Sequence record: DRR723986_643
DNA length: 64,000 bases
Reading direction: 5' to 3' (one strand)
In this document: positions 36,626 through 46,319 of the stretch, in pieces
How the letters are laid out: every line of letters begins with the position of its first letter
Position numbering within the stretch: position 1 is the first letter of the stretch
The notes under the pieces: model-generated
Told to the model about the DNA's origin: nothing
The model's database searches: none
What the model saw: the letters and a program-made list of their open reading frames with translations, nothing else
Made by a program: the position numbers and the translations under genes

Positions 36626-37824
36626 AGGACGTCTTCATCTATGACGCGATTCGCAGTCCGCGAACCCGCGCCAAAGCAGATGGCGGCCTGCACGACCTGA
36701 CCCCGCCGGAACTGCTGGGCCAGCTTTATCGCCAGCTGGAAACCCGGTGCCGGCTTGATCCGGGGCTGGTCAACGAAGTCATTCTCGGCTGTGTGACCCA
36801 GCAGGGTGAGCAAGCGGCAAACATCGCGAAAACCTCTGCGCTGCATGCAGGCTGGCCGGACTCCGTCGCCGGACTGACGGTAAACCGATTCTGCTCGTCC
36901 AGTATCGACGCCATCGCGATCGCCGGGCTGAAGGTCGCCGCTGGGCAGGCGAGCGGTGTCGTGGCCGGCGGTATCGAGATGATGTCGCGGGTACCGATGC
37001 TGGCGGACGGTGCGCGGGTATTCAACGATCCCGCCTATGCGGTGCGGAGCCAGGTTCTGCTGATGGGCAGCGGCGCAGACCTGATCGCCACCCGGATCGG
37101 CGCCAGCCGCGCGGACTGCGACGCGGTGGCGCTACAAAGCCAACAGCGCGCGGCCCGCGCACAGGCCGAGGATCGATTCACCTCGATTGTGCCCATCGAT
37201 ACCCCTGCAGGCGTGGTAACGACAGACGAATGCGTCCGCGGCAACATAACGCTGGAGCAGCTCGCGGCCCTGCCACCGGCTTTCGCCGAACTGGGCGCCG
37301 CGGGGGCCGACGCCGTGCAGTTGCAGCGCTATCCCGACCTCGACTGGATAGACCATGTCCATACCGCGGGCAATTCCCCGGCGATGTGCGACGCGGCTGC
37401 GCTTGTGTTGTTGGGCGATGCCGCCTTCGGCAAGCAACTGGGTATCACTCCGCGCGCCCGGCTGCTGGCCAGCACCACCGCCTGCGGCGAGCCGCTGGAG
37501 GTGCTCTCGGGCTGCATCACAGCCACGCAGAGACTGCTGGCCGAAAATCGACTCGACGTCGACGCTATCGACCTGTTCGAAATCCACGAGGCCTTCGCCG
37601 CCACCATGATCAAGGCGAGGCGCGAACTCGCGCTGGGAGGTGATCGGCTCAACGTCAATGGCGGCGTTATCGCCCTTGGGCACCCGATGGGCGCAACCGG
37701 CGCCATCATGACCGGAACGCTGCTTGATGAGATGCAGCGGGCGGGGCTAAGCCGGGGTGTAGTCGCCGCCAGCGGCGCGGCGGGCAGTGGCAGCGCGCTA
37801 CTGATCGCCGCTGGCGAGAGCTAG
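36622..37824 (+). CDS. Thiolase-family protein lacking the C-terminal catalytic Cys
   Basis: YDAIRSPR, NRFCSSS, HEAFAA, GHPMGATG, but ASGAAG where CxGGG is expected; TTGA overlap. Confidence 0.8.
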   Translation: MKDVFIYDAIRSPRTRAKADGGLHDLTPPELLGQLYRQLETRCRLDPGLVNEVILGCVTQQGEQAANIAKTSALHAGWPDSVAGLTVNRFCSSSIDAIAIAGLKVAAGQASGVVAGGIEMMSRVPMLADGARVFNDPAYAVRSQVLLMGSGADLIATRIGASRADCDAVALQSQQRAARAQAEDRFTSIVPIDTPAGVVTTDECVRGNITLEQLAALPPAFAELGAAGADAVQLQRYPDLDWIDHVHTAGNSPAMCDAAALVLLGDAAFGKQLGITPRARLLASTTACGEPLEVLSGCITATQRLLAENRLDVDAIDLFEIHEAFAATMIKARRELALGGDRLNVNGGVIALGHPMGATGAIMTGTLLDEMQRAGLSRGVVAASGAAGSGSALLIAAGES

Positions 37825-37873
37825 GCTCAGCGGGCATAGCGTCTTTGCGCAGCGCCAGGCGAACGCCGCACCA

Positions 37874-38794
37874 TCACCGACGATAGTGGCTGATCTGAAC
37901 TTCCTCGCCGTAGTCCCCGTAGTCTCCCAGCGCGCGCAGGTCACGGAACTCCTTCCACGACAGAGGCCGATAGCGCGGCGCCTGGGTTGCGCCCTGCGGC
38001 CCCGGCCATGGCTCTATTAGCGCGTGGTAGCCCGGATTGAGAAAATACGCGATGCTCAGCCGTGGCTGCCCGGCACTGGCACGCACCCGGTGCAGGGGTG
38101 CCACGAAGCGGTCGTTTGACACCACCTGCAGCATGTCGCCGACATTGATAGTGAGCGCATCCGCCAGCGGCGGAACATCGTTCCAGACATCATCCTGCTG
38201 CATCTGCAAACCCGCTACGGAATCCTGCAGCAACACGGTCAGCAGGCCGGCGTCGGTATGCGGACTGATGCCCAGGGGGCCCGGCGGCTCGGCTGCCCCC
38301 GCCAGGGGATCGTCCACCGGGTAGTGGTTGAGCCGCATAAAGCTGCTGTGGGAGGGGAACAGGTATGGCCGCCAGCGCTCCGGCTGCTCTCCCAGACCCT
38401 CGCACAGCCATCCCAACAGCCGCAGGACGAGCGCATGACAGCTGGCGGAGAATTGTTCCAGCGCGGGGCGCAGGCCCGGCATCTGCCGTGGCCAGGGTGT
38501 CGGTTCGCCGGGCGCGTAATCAAAGATCTCCTTGCGATCCCGCAGGTTGCGGGTGAGCTCGCGGTCGTAGTAGCCGAAGGGATTTTCCAGCGTCCGCGTA
38601 AGCGCTCTCTTGGTATCGGCATCGCAGGCAAAAAACTGCGCGGCGGTGTCCAGCGTGTCCCGCATCAACGCCGGGGAGACACCGCTGTTAACCACCTGGA
38701 AAAAACCCGGCCGGCGCGCCGCCTGCACGAGTCGGTCAACCACCGTGGCGCTGGGCGCGGCCAGGTCAACTACGGGAACCCCTGGTACGGACAT
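37874..38794 (-). CDS. 2-oxoglutarate/Fe(II) dioxygenase (IPNS-like)
   Basis: GFFQVVNSGV, RLNHYP, HTD, NVGDMLQ, LHRV, RLS. Confidence 0.9.
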   Translation of the reverse strand: MSVPGVPVVDLAAPSATVVDRLVQAARRPGFFQVVNSGVSPALMRDTLDTAAQFFACDADTKRALTRTLENPFGYYDRELTRNLRDRKEIFDYAPGEPTPWPRQMPGLRPALEQFSASCHALVLRLLGWLCEGLGEQPERWRPYLFPSHSSFMRLNHYPVDDPLAGAAEPPGPLGISPHTDAGLLTVLLQDSVAGLQMQQDDVWNDVPPLADALTINVGDMLQVVSNDRFVAPLHRVRASAGQPRLSIAYFLNPGYHALIEPWPGPQGATQAPRYRPLSWKEFRDLRALGDYGDYGEEVQISHYRR

Positions 38795-38888
38795 GAACTG
38801 CCTGCGCCTCCTTCTGGCTTTAGAAGCAATTATGCGACAACAACCGCGCGAGCGGCAGGCGGGGCAGCGCTCTCAAAGCTACTGCCAG

Positions 38889-40040
38889 TCAGCCACGGCC
38901 GTGGGCGCTGAATTCCACTTCCGCGAGCTCCGCGGCCAGCACGTCATGGAGGAAGCGCCGCGCCTGTGCACTTCGCTGCGCATCGGCGGCGAAGCGCGAT
39001 TCGAAGAAGCTCAGCACAACCACGGAGGTAATCATCTGCTGGCGCAGCACATTCATCGCCTGTGGCAGCGGGTCCACCAGGCACAGCTCGTTCTGGTAGC
39101 CGTAGTTGATGCCCTGCTCGGGCGTGCCCAACAGGTCGTACCAGGTTTCGTCATCCCCTTCATCGACATTGCGCAGGACCATGAAGCAACCCAGGGCATC
39201 CGGGTTATCCATCCAGCGCAGGGCGGCCGCCGGTCCGGCGAAGCCGGTATGCGAGGCGCCACTCACCGTCACCAGTTCGGCTCCCGGCACGATCTCGGGG
39301 ACAGGCGCTGCATTGGAGGGATAGGGCACCAGCGCATCGATATCACCGGCCAGCATCAGGAACGGGACCGTGCGGTGCTGGAAGAAGGCGGGAGTAAACA
39401 GGGCGGTTGGGCCGGCAATGGACAGCGATGCCCCGATCCGCTCGTCCGCCCACTCCGGGTGAAAGGCAGCCAGGGTACTGGTCAAGCCGCCCAGTGAGAT
39501 ACCTGTCACCCCAATGCGAGCGGGATCGATCATGCCTTCCAGGCTGTCACCCGCCGTGCCCGACCGGGCAAGCAGCGAGTCGATCAGAAAGCTGACATCA
39601 CCGGGCTGGTTCACCACGTCTTTCACGTTGGGACCGCCCGGCGCGTTCATATTGGTCAGGGGGTAATCAACCGCGACAACCACGTATCCGTGACTGGCCA
39701 GCTGCTCGGCGATATAGGCCCCGCCATCATGGGTGGAGGTGAAACCGTGGCTGTAGACGATCAGTGGATAGGGACCGGCGGCCCCGCTTGCCGGGTGCCA
39801 TACCGTCCCCGCAAGCTGGCGCTCACTCGCCCCGGCATAGTCGCCGTTGGCCTGGGTGGGGCGACTGCTGTCGATGAACAGCTCATCAATGGCGCGCACC
39901 TCGTGGGCACCGGGAGCCAGCCACGCGGCGCTTTCAGAGCCGGCGGGAAAGGGCTGCGGCTGCTTGCCGTTGACCAGCACTGCGCCGGAAACAAACAACA
40001 TACCCAGCACAACCGCCACTACGAGCAGGAGCTTCTTCAT
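38889..40040 (-). CDS. Exported alpha/beta hydrolase (PAF-acetylhydrolase/dienelactone-hydrolase-like)
   Basis: N-terminal TM/signal; YSHGF, GISLGG nucleophile elbow, GDID, ASH. Confidence 0.85.
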   Translation of the reverse strand: MKKLLLVVAVVLGMLFVSGAVLVNGKQPQPFPAGSESAAWLAPGAHEVRAIDELFIDSSRPTQANGDYAGASERQLAGTVWHPASGAAGPYPLIVYSHGFTSTHDGGAYIAEQLASHGYVVVAVDYPLTNMNAPGGPNVKDVVNQPGDVSFLIDSLLARSGTAGDSLEGMIDPARIGVTGISLGGLTSTLAAFHPEWADERIGASLSIAGPTALFTPAFFQHRTVPFLMLAGDIDALVPYPSNAAPVPEIVPGAELVTVSGASHTGFAGPAAALRWMDNPDALGCFMVLRNVDEGDDETWYDLLGTPEQGINYGYQNELCLVDPLPQAMNVLRQQMITSVVVLSFFESRFAADAQRSAQARRFLHDVLAAELAEVEFSAHGRG

Positions 40041-40121
40041 GATATGACCTCGAAAAATTCGACGCCGATTATCGCCGATCGGGCCACCAGCGCGCCAGTA
40101 AGTAGCTTACAAGCGGACAGC

Positions 40122-41300
40122 TCAGCTGGTTTTCAGCGATTGCAGGATACGGGCCGTGTGCTCCCCCAGCAGGGGTGGCGGCGTCGAACAACTTACCGGG
40201 GTGCGGGACAGCTTGATCGGGTTGGCCACCAGCTGCAGGTCCGGATTCAGCGGATGCGGTACGTTGATCTGCATACCCCGCGCCTGGATCTGCGGCTCGA
40301 CGAACACCTCGGCGACCGTGTTGATGGGCCCCGCCGGCACTCCCGCCTGCGCCAACAGCAACAGCCACTCATCGCGTTTACGCGTCAGCATTGCAGCCTG
40401 CAGCAGGGGCACCAGCGCATCCCGGTTTTCCACCCGCGCCCGGTTGCTGGCGAAGCGGGTCTCATCCGCCAGTTCGGGTCGCCCGAGCGCGGCGGCGAAG
40501 CGGCGGAACTGGGCGTCATTGCCGACCGCGACGATCAGGTGGCCATCGGCCACAACGAAACTCTGGTAAGGCACGATGTTGGGGTGCGCGTTACCCAGGC
40601 GGGTGGGATTCAAGCCACCAACAAGGTAATTGGTCGCCTGGTTGGCCAGGGTGGCGGCCGTAACATCGAGCAGGGCGAGGTCCACCTGCTGGCCCAGGCC
40701 GGAGCGCTCGCGCTCCGAAAGCGCGGCGAGAATACCGATGGTCGCGTACAGGCCGGTCATGATGTCGGTGAGGGCGACGCCGACTTTTTGCGGTCCGGCA
40801 CCCTCGGCGCCATCCGGTTGCCCGGTCACACTCATCAATCCGCCCATGGCCTGCACCAGGAAATCGTAGCCCGGGCGATGCCTGAGCGGTCCGGTCTGGC
40901 CAAAGCCGGTGATCGAGCAGTAGACCAGGCGCGGGTTGATTTCGGCGAGGCTGGCGTAATCCAGCCCGAAGCCGGCCGCACCACCTACCTTGAAATTCTC
41001 GATCAGCACATCACTGCGCAGGGCGAGCGAACGCAGCGCTTGCTGGCCTTCGGCGGACTTCATATCGATGCACACCGACTGCTTGCCGCGATTGGCGCTC
41101 ATGAAATAAGCCGACTCGGAGGTAGGCTGGCCGTCGGCATCGCGCATGAAGGGTGGGCCCCAGCCGCGGGTCTCATCGCCGACCCCGGGTCGTTCAACCT
41201 TGACTACCTCGGCACCGAGGTCCGCCAGGATCTGGCTGGCCCACGGGCCGGCCAGTACCCGTGACAGGTCGAGTACCTTGAGCTGGGACAGTGCGCCCAT
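40122..41300 (-). CDS. CaiB/BaiF class III CoA-transferase (probable succinyl-CoA:glutarate CoA-transferase)
   Basis: DLSRVLAGPW, ANRGK, ENFK, RPGYD; translationally coupled to gcdH. Confidence 0.88.
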   Translation of the reverse strand: MGALSQLKVLDLSRVLAGPWASQILADLGAEVVKVERPGVGDETRGWGPPFMRDADGQPTSESAYFMSANRGKQSVCIDMKSAEGQQALRSLALRSDVLIENFKVGGAAGFGLDYASLAEINPRLVYCSITGFGQTGPLRHRPGYDFLVQAMGGLMSVTGQPDGAEGAGPQKVGVALTDIMTGLYATIGILAALSERERSGLGQQVDLALLDVTAATLANQATNYLVGGLNPTRLGNAHPNIVPYQSFVVADGHLIVAVGNDAQFRRFAAALGRPELADETRFASNRARVENRDALVPLLQAAMLTRKRDEWLLLLAQAGVPAGPINTVAEVFVEPQIQARGMQINVPHPLNPDLQLVANPIKLSRTPVSCSTPPPLLGEHTARILQSLKTS

Positions 41301-42484
41301 TAGAAGGCCGGTATCTCGGTCTGGGTCCGGCCCAGAATCAGCGCGTGCACGTCGTGGGTGCCCTCGTAGGTATTCACTACCTCCAGGTTCACCATATGGC
41401 GCATCACCGGGTACTCATCCGAGATCCCATTGCCACCCAGCATGTCCCGCGCCGTGCGGGCGATGTCCAGCGCCTTGCCGCAGGAATTGCGTTTTATCAG
41501 CGAGATCAGCTCCGGCGCTATCTGCCCGGCATCCATCAGTTCACCGGCCCGCAGGCAGCCCTGCAGGGCCAGGGCGATTTCAGTCTGCATATCAGCGAGC
41601 TTGAGCTGCACCAGCTGCTTCGATGCCAGCGGCACCCCGAACTGCTTGCGCTCAAGCGTGTACTGGCGCGCCGTGTGCCAGCAGGTCTCGGCAGCACCCA
41701 TAGCGCCCCAGGCAATGCCGTAGCGAGCGTTGTTCAGGCAGCCGAACGGGCCTTTAAGCCCTTCCACGTTGGGCAGCAGCTGCTCCTCACCGACAAACAC
41801 CTCATCCATCACGATTTCACCGGTGATGGAGGCACGCAGGGCGAGCTTGCCCTCGATCTTCGGTGCACTCAGGCCCTCCATGCCCCGCTCCAGGATGAAG
41901 CCGCGTATCTTGCCGTCATCGGTCTTGGCCCAGACCACGAACACGTCGGCAAACGGGCTGTTGCTGATCCACATCTTGGCGCCACTGAGGCGATAACCCC
42001 CGTCGACACTGCGCGCCCGAGTGACCATGCTGCCCGGATCGGAGCCATGATCCGGCTCGGTCAGGCCAAAGCAGCCGATCCATTCCCCGGTGGCGAGTTT
42101 TGGCAGGTATTTCTCGCGCTGGGCTTCGTTGCCATAGGCATAGATCGGGTACATGACGAGCGAGGACTGCACGCTCATCATCGAGCGGTAGCCGGAGTCG
42201 ACCCGCTCCACCTCGCGGGCAATCAGCCCGTAACTGACATAATCGACGCCGGGGCAGCCGTAGCCGTCAATAGTCGAACCGAGCAGACCCAGTTCGCCCA
42301 TCTCCCTGAAAATCGCCGGGTCAGTCTCCTCCCGGCGGTAGGCGTCCCGTACCCGGGGCAGCAGCTTGTCCTGGGCATACTGTCGCGCACTGTCGCGCAC
42401 CATGCGCTGCTCGTCGCTCAACTGCTGTTCCAACAGGAAGGGGTCTTCCCAGTTGAGTTTCTGCCATGTCCTGCCTGCCGCCAT
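41300..42484 (-). CDS. gcdH: Glutaryl-CoA dehydrogenase
   Basis: [57 protein letters not shown]. Confidence 0.93.
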   Translation of the reverse strand: MAAGRTWQKLNWEDPFLLEQQLSDEQRMVRDSARQYAQDKLLPRVRDAYRREETDPAIFREMGELGLLGSTIDGYGCPGVDYVSYGLIAREVERVDSGYRSMMSVQSSLVMYPIYAYGNEAQREKYLPKLATGEWIGCFGLTEPDHGSDPGSMVTRARSVDGGYRLSGAKMWISNSPFADVFVVWAKTDDGKIRGFILERGMEGLSAPKIEGKLALRASITGEIVMDEVFVGEEQLLPNVEGLKGPFGCLNNARYGIAWGAMGAAETCWHTARQYTLERKQFGVPLASKQLVQLKLADMQTEIALALQGCLRAGELMDAGQIAPELISLIKRNSCGKALDIARTARDMLGGNGISDEYPVMRHMVNLEVVNTYEGTHDVHALILGRTQTEIPAF

Positions 42485-42568
42485 CGTGGGTCTCCGGTCT
42501 ATCCAACTTGGCTGGCAAGGCTAGCAGAGCGCTTTCGATCAATAAAATATATGTTTTAAATATTATCC

Positions 42569-42585
42569 ATATACAATAACTATAT
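42569..42585. promoter_or_regulatory. LysR-type binding dyad in the gcdH/LysR divergent promoter
   Basis: ATATA-CAATAAC-TATAT, contains T-N11-A, within an AT-rich intergenic stretch. Confidence 0.55.
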
Positions 42586-42603
42586 TATATGCCGGGCACC
42601 GCA

Positions 42604-43479
42604 ATGGACCTACGAAAACTCGAGATATTTCAACAGGTTGCTGAGCACAACAGCTTCAGCCTAGCGGCCGAGCACCTCCATATGGCGCAGCCGGCGGTCA
42701 GCATTGCTGTCCGCAAGCTGGAGGAGTCACTCGGTGTCACCCTGTTCGACCGCAGCGCACGCCGGGCCCGCCTGACCGCGGAGGGGCGCGCGGTGCTGGC
42801 GAGGGCGCAGCGTATCCTGCGTGAAACCGATGAGCTCCGCCGCAGCACGGACGCCCTGCAGCAACTGCTGACCGGCGAACTGGAACTGGCCTGCCCATCG
42901 ATGCTCGCCACCTATTTCCTCCCCGACCTGCTCGCAGAGTTCCTGCAGGATCACCCGGGCCTGCGAGCCTCGGTTACCCAGGCCGGCACGACGGCCATTG
43001 AAGAGCTGCTGCTCAATGATGCGACAGAGTTGGGCGTAACCAACCGCCAGGCCCGCCGCGCTGATGAACTCGAGCAGGTCGCACTGGTCAGTGAACCCAT
43101 CGTGCTGTGCGTCGCCGCTAATCACCCCTGGGCCGGTCGTGATCACATCCACCCGCGCGAACTGGATGGCGTTGCCATGGCGGTCTACGAAAGTGGCTAT
43201 TACATTCGCAGCGCCCTGGACCAGTTGTGCGCGGACGCCGGAGCCCAGCCCGAGTACCGTTTGCAATCCAACTTCCTGCCCCTGCTGGTGGGCATGGTGA
43301 GGCAGCAGCTGGGCGTGACCGTAGGCCTGGGCATGCTGGCAAGGCAGGAGCCGGGTATCGTCGCCGTAGGTATCGAGGGTGCACCGCAACTCCCATTGGC
43401 CCTGGCCAAACGGCGGGGACGGACGATTTCCCGCGCCAACCAGGCTTTTTTAGATTGGGCCGCTTTCAAGTTATCATGA
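42604..43479 (+). CDS. LysR-family regulator divergent from gcdH (GcdR-like position)
   Basis: MDLRKLEIF...SFSLAAEHLHMAQPAVSIAVRKLEESLGVTLFDR HTH. Confidence 0.93.
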   Translation: MDLRKLEIFQQVAEHNSFSLAAEHLHMAQPAVSIAVRKLEESLGVTLFDRSARRARLTAEGRAVLARAQRILRETDELRRSTDALQQLLTGELELACPSMLATYFLPDLLAEFLQDHPGLRASVTQAGTTAIEELLLNDATELGVTNRQARRADELEQVALVSEPIVLCVAANHPWAGRDHIHPRELDGVAMAVYESGYYIRSALDQLCADAGAQPEYRLQSNFLPLLVGMVRQQLGVTVGLGMLARQEPGIVAVGIEGAPQLPLALAKRRGRTISRANQAFLDWAAFKLS

Positions 43480-43513
43480 GCGACTTTTATTACGGGTCAC
43501 GCCACAAGCCGCG

Positions 43514-44353
43514 ATGTCCAGCCTAAGTGTATTCAGCAAGCAGCTGGCCCAGCTGATCCCCTCGGTCGGTACTGCGCAGTTCCCCGCCGAGCTGATCAAG
43601 ACCCTGGGGCTACTGGTTCCCGTGGAGGACGCCACGATCCTGGTTTACCCCCGGGGCGACCTGCCGGTGCTGGAGTATTTCCGGGTCAATAAGGAAACCG
43701 GCCGGACCACCCTGGATCGCTATCTGCAGGGCGCTTTCCTGCTGGATCCGTTCTACCTCGCTGCCCACCAGGACAAGCGCTTTGGCGTATTCCGGCTGCG
43801 CGACCTGTCGCCGACCGGTTTCCGGGATAGCGAGTATTACCGCAACTGGTACCGTAACTGCGGTTACCAGGATGAATGCGGCTACCTGTTTCCGCTCAAG
43901 GGCGGCGGCTTCGTGAATGTCGCGCTCGGCCGCACCCACCCCCGCGCGAGTTTCACCAAGACCCACTTCAGCCTGCTGGAGGATATCGCGCCGACCATTG
44001 AAACCCTGTGCCGCGCCCAGTGGGCAGAACCCGCCAGCCGCGGTACCGGACCCAACCTGCGCGCCCAGCTGCACAAGGCGCTGGACGCTTTCGGGTCCAG
44101 CCTGCTGACGGAGCGTGAATCCCAGGTGATCAACCTGGTACTGCACGGCCACAGCACCAAGACCGTCGCGGAGAAACTGTCCATCTCGATGGAGACCGTC
44201 AAACTGCATCGCAAGCACGCATACGCGAAGCTGGAGGTCAGTTCCCAGGCGGAGCTTTTCTACCTGTTCCTGGACTCCCTGATGAGCGCCCAGGACTATG
44301 AGGGCGGGGATACGCTGGTGGCCTATATGCAACCGCCCGCGTCGCGGCACTAG
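43514..44353 (+). CDS. LuxR-type HTH regulator with non-REC N-terminal ligand domain
   Basis: C-terminal LTERESQVINLVLHGHSTKTVAEKLSISMETVKLHRKHAYAKL; N-terminal domain with GAFLLDPFY. Confidence 0.88.
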   Translation: MSSLSVFSKQLAQLIPSVGTAQFPAELIKTLGLLVPVEDATILVYPRGDLPVLEYFRVNKETGRTTLDRYLQGAFLLDPFYLAAHQDKRFGVFRLRDLSPTGFRDSEYYRNWYRNCGYQDECGYLFPLKGGGFVNVALGRTHPRASFTKTHFSLLEDIAPTIETLCRAQWAEPASRGTGPNLRAQLHKALDAFGSSLLTERESQVINLVLHGHSTKTVAEKLSISMETVKLHRKHAYAKLEVSSQAELFYLFLDSLMSAQDYEGGDTLVAYMQPPASRH

Positions 44354-44386
44354 CCTGAGCTGCCAGCTGCACCCCGCATGCCAACC

Positions 44387-44401
44387 TACTCCTAAGGGGT
44401 A
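44387..44401. promoter_or_regulatory. NarL/LuxR-type inverted heptamer site
   Basis: TACTCCT-A-AGGGGTA (7-1-7 dyad; half-sites fit TACYYMT) directly after the LuxR gene and upstream of the sulfotransferase. Confidence 0.45.
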
Positions 44402-44563
44402 TAGTTTTCACCGATGCCATTGGTAAGGTTAAACAACACCGTTAACCCGGCACACCGGCGGACAGTCTGCGAAGGCAGGCTGGCGTGTTGACTGCGCGCC
44501 GCGATTGCCTGACGGAACGGAAAGCCGCGTTTGCCAACCCAACAGGACCCTGTCACTGACCGC

Positions 44564-46162
44564 ATGACGAAGGCTTCACCACAAGCTCCCGCGCCGTGGA
44601 TGCACAACGCGCTCAGGGAGGGCTTCGCCCATCTCGCCGCCGGCCGCTTTCGCGAGGCCGGCGAGTGCTGCCGCCGTTTGCTGGAAGCCAGGCCCGACCT
44701 GGTCGAGGCACATTTCCTGGTGGGGCTCATCGCCACCGAGTTGAAGCAGCGCTGGAACGCGGTCAGCGCTTTCGGGTCGGTGACCAAGCTGCAGCCCGAT
44801 CACGGCGCGGCCTGGGCCAACCTGGCCCGACTATTCATGCAGGCCGGGCAACCGGCACGAGCAACGGCCGCGCTGGAAAAAGCCGTGGCGCACCATGATG
44901 GTAATCCGCTGGTGCTCGATCTCATCGGCACGGTTTACGGCCTGCTCGGCGATCAGGTGGAAGCCGGCGAATGGGTTGGCCGCGCCCTGGAAAAGCAGCC
45001 GGACAGCATCCAGTTTCTGGTCAACCAGGCCAACAATCACATGTTCCTCGACCGGATGGACGAGGCTGAAGTCCTGCTCAACCGGGCACTGGAACTACGC
45101 CCCGGCAATCCGAACGCCCACTGGCTGCTCTCCGGCCTGAAAAAGGCGAGCAACCGGGAACATGTCGAGGTGCTCGAACAGCTGGTACAACAGGAGAACC
45201 GCAATCCGCGGGCGCTTGCCTTTCTTTACTACGGTATGGGCAAGGAACTGGAAGACCTCGAGGACTGGGACAAGGCCTTCGATGCCTTTGCCCGCGGCGC
45301 CAGCGCCCGGCGCAGCACCATTGAATTCGACGAGGCTGCCGAGATCGAGATGTTCGAGGCATTCGCCGCCACGTTCACCGAACAGTGGATGGCGCAGGCC
45401 GGCCCCGGACACGACGACCCTTCACCCATTTTTGTGGTGGGGCAGCCGCGCACCGGCACCACCCTGGTGGAGCGGATCATCACCAGCCACTCGCAGGTGC
45501 ATTCCGCGGGCGAGCTGAAGCAGTTCGGCAACTGCGTGCGCAGACTCTGTGATTACCGTGAGCAAAAGCCTTTCTCCGCCCGCCTGCCCGAACTCGCCGC
45601 AGGCATCGACCCGGACAAGCTCGGCAAATCCTATATGCAAACCACGGCCAGGCTGCGGGGCGAGCTGCCACGCTTTGTCGACAAGCTGCCCCCGAATTAC
45701 CTGTATATACCGCTGATCCTGCAGGCACTGCCCGGGGCGAAGATCGTGCACCTGAAGCGCGATCCGATGGACGCCTGCTTCGCCAGCTTCAAGCAGCTAT
45801 TCGCCGATGCCTACCCGCATTCCTATGACCAGCAGGAAATGGCACGCCACCACGCCCGCTACTACCACCTGATGGCGACCTGGCGCGAGCGTTTCGGCGA
45901 TCGCTTCATCGATATTTCCTATGAGGACACCGCCCGGGACCTGGAGCCCAACGCCCGCGCGCTGATCGACTTTCTCGGGCTGCCCTGGGAAGACGCCTGT
46001 CTCGACTTCCACAAGCAAAAGGCCGCAGTCACCACGGCCAGCGTCGTCCAGGTTAGACAGCCCGCGCACACCCGCTCAGTCGGCAGGTGGCGGCGCTACC
46101 AGGATCAGCTGTCGGTGATGCAGCAAACCCTGGAGCAGGAGGGTGTCCCGCTTGCGTACTGA
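44564..46162 (+). CDS. TPR-repeat PAPS-dependent sulfotransferase (TPST-like)
   Basis: N-terminal TPRs; 5'-PSB VGQPRTGTTLVE, FVDKLP, 3'-PB RDPMDACFAS, TASVVQVRQP; start uncertain (TTG 44531 alternative). Confidence 0.9.
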   Translation: MTKASPQAPAPWMHNALREGFAHLAAGRFREAGECCRRLLEARPDLVEAHFLVGLIATELKQRWNAVSAFGSVTKLQPDHGAAWANLARLFMQAGQPARATAALEKAVAHHDGNPLVLDLIGTVYGLLGDQVEAGEWVGRALEKQPDSIQFLVNQANNHMFLDRMDEAEVLLNRALELRPGNPNAHWLLSGLKKASNREHVEVLEQLVQQENRNPRALAFLYYGMGKELEDLEDWDKAFDAFARGASARRSTIEFDEAAEIEMFEAFAATFTEQWMAQAGPGHDDPSPIFVVGQPRTGTTLVERIITSHSQVHSAGELKQFGNCVRRLCDYREQKPFSARLPELAAGIDPDKLGKSYMQTTARLRGELPRFVDKLPPNYLYIPLILQALPGAKIVHLKRDPMDACFASFKQLFADAYPHSYDQQEMARHHARYYHLMATWRERFGDRFIDISYEDTARDLEPNARALIDFLGLPWEDACLDFHKQKAAVTTASVVQVRQPAHTRSVGRWRRYQDQLSVMQQTLEQEGVPLAY

Positions 46163-46189
46163 CGCAGTCAGGATTAACAGAGGCAACGG

Positions 46190-46205
46190 CGGCATACGTC
46201 TTGCA
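46190..46205 (+). promoter_or_regulatory. Candidate sigma54 (-24/-12) promoter for the TonB receptor-spdH unit
   Basis: CGGCATACGTCTTGCA: GG-N10-GC spacing with a TTGCA -12 element. Confidence 0.4.
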
Positions 46206-46319
46206 AGAAAATACGGTGGACCAGCGCTGCGAGCCGATTGCGGCACCGGTGCTTTCACGCTAGTCTCACCATACTAAGGCCGCGATTTGACGGCCAAACA
46301 GCCCAAACCCGGAGGGGAT

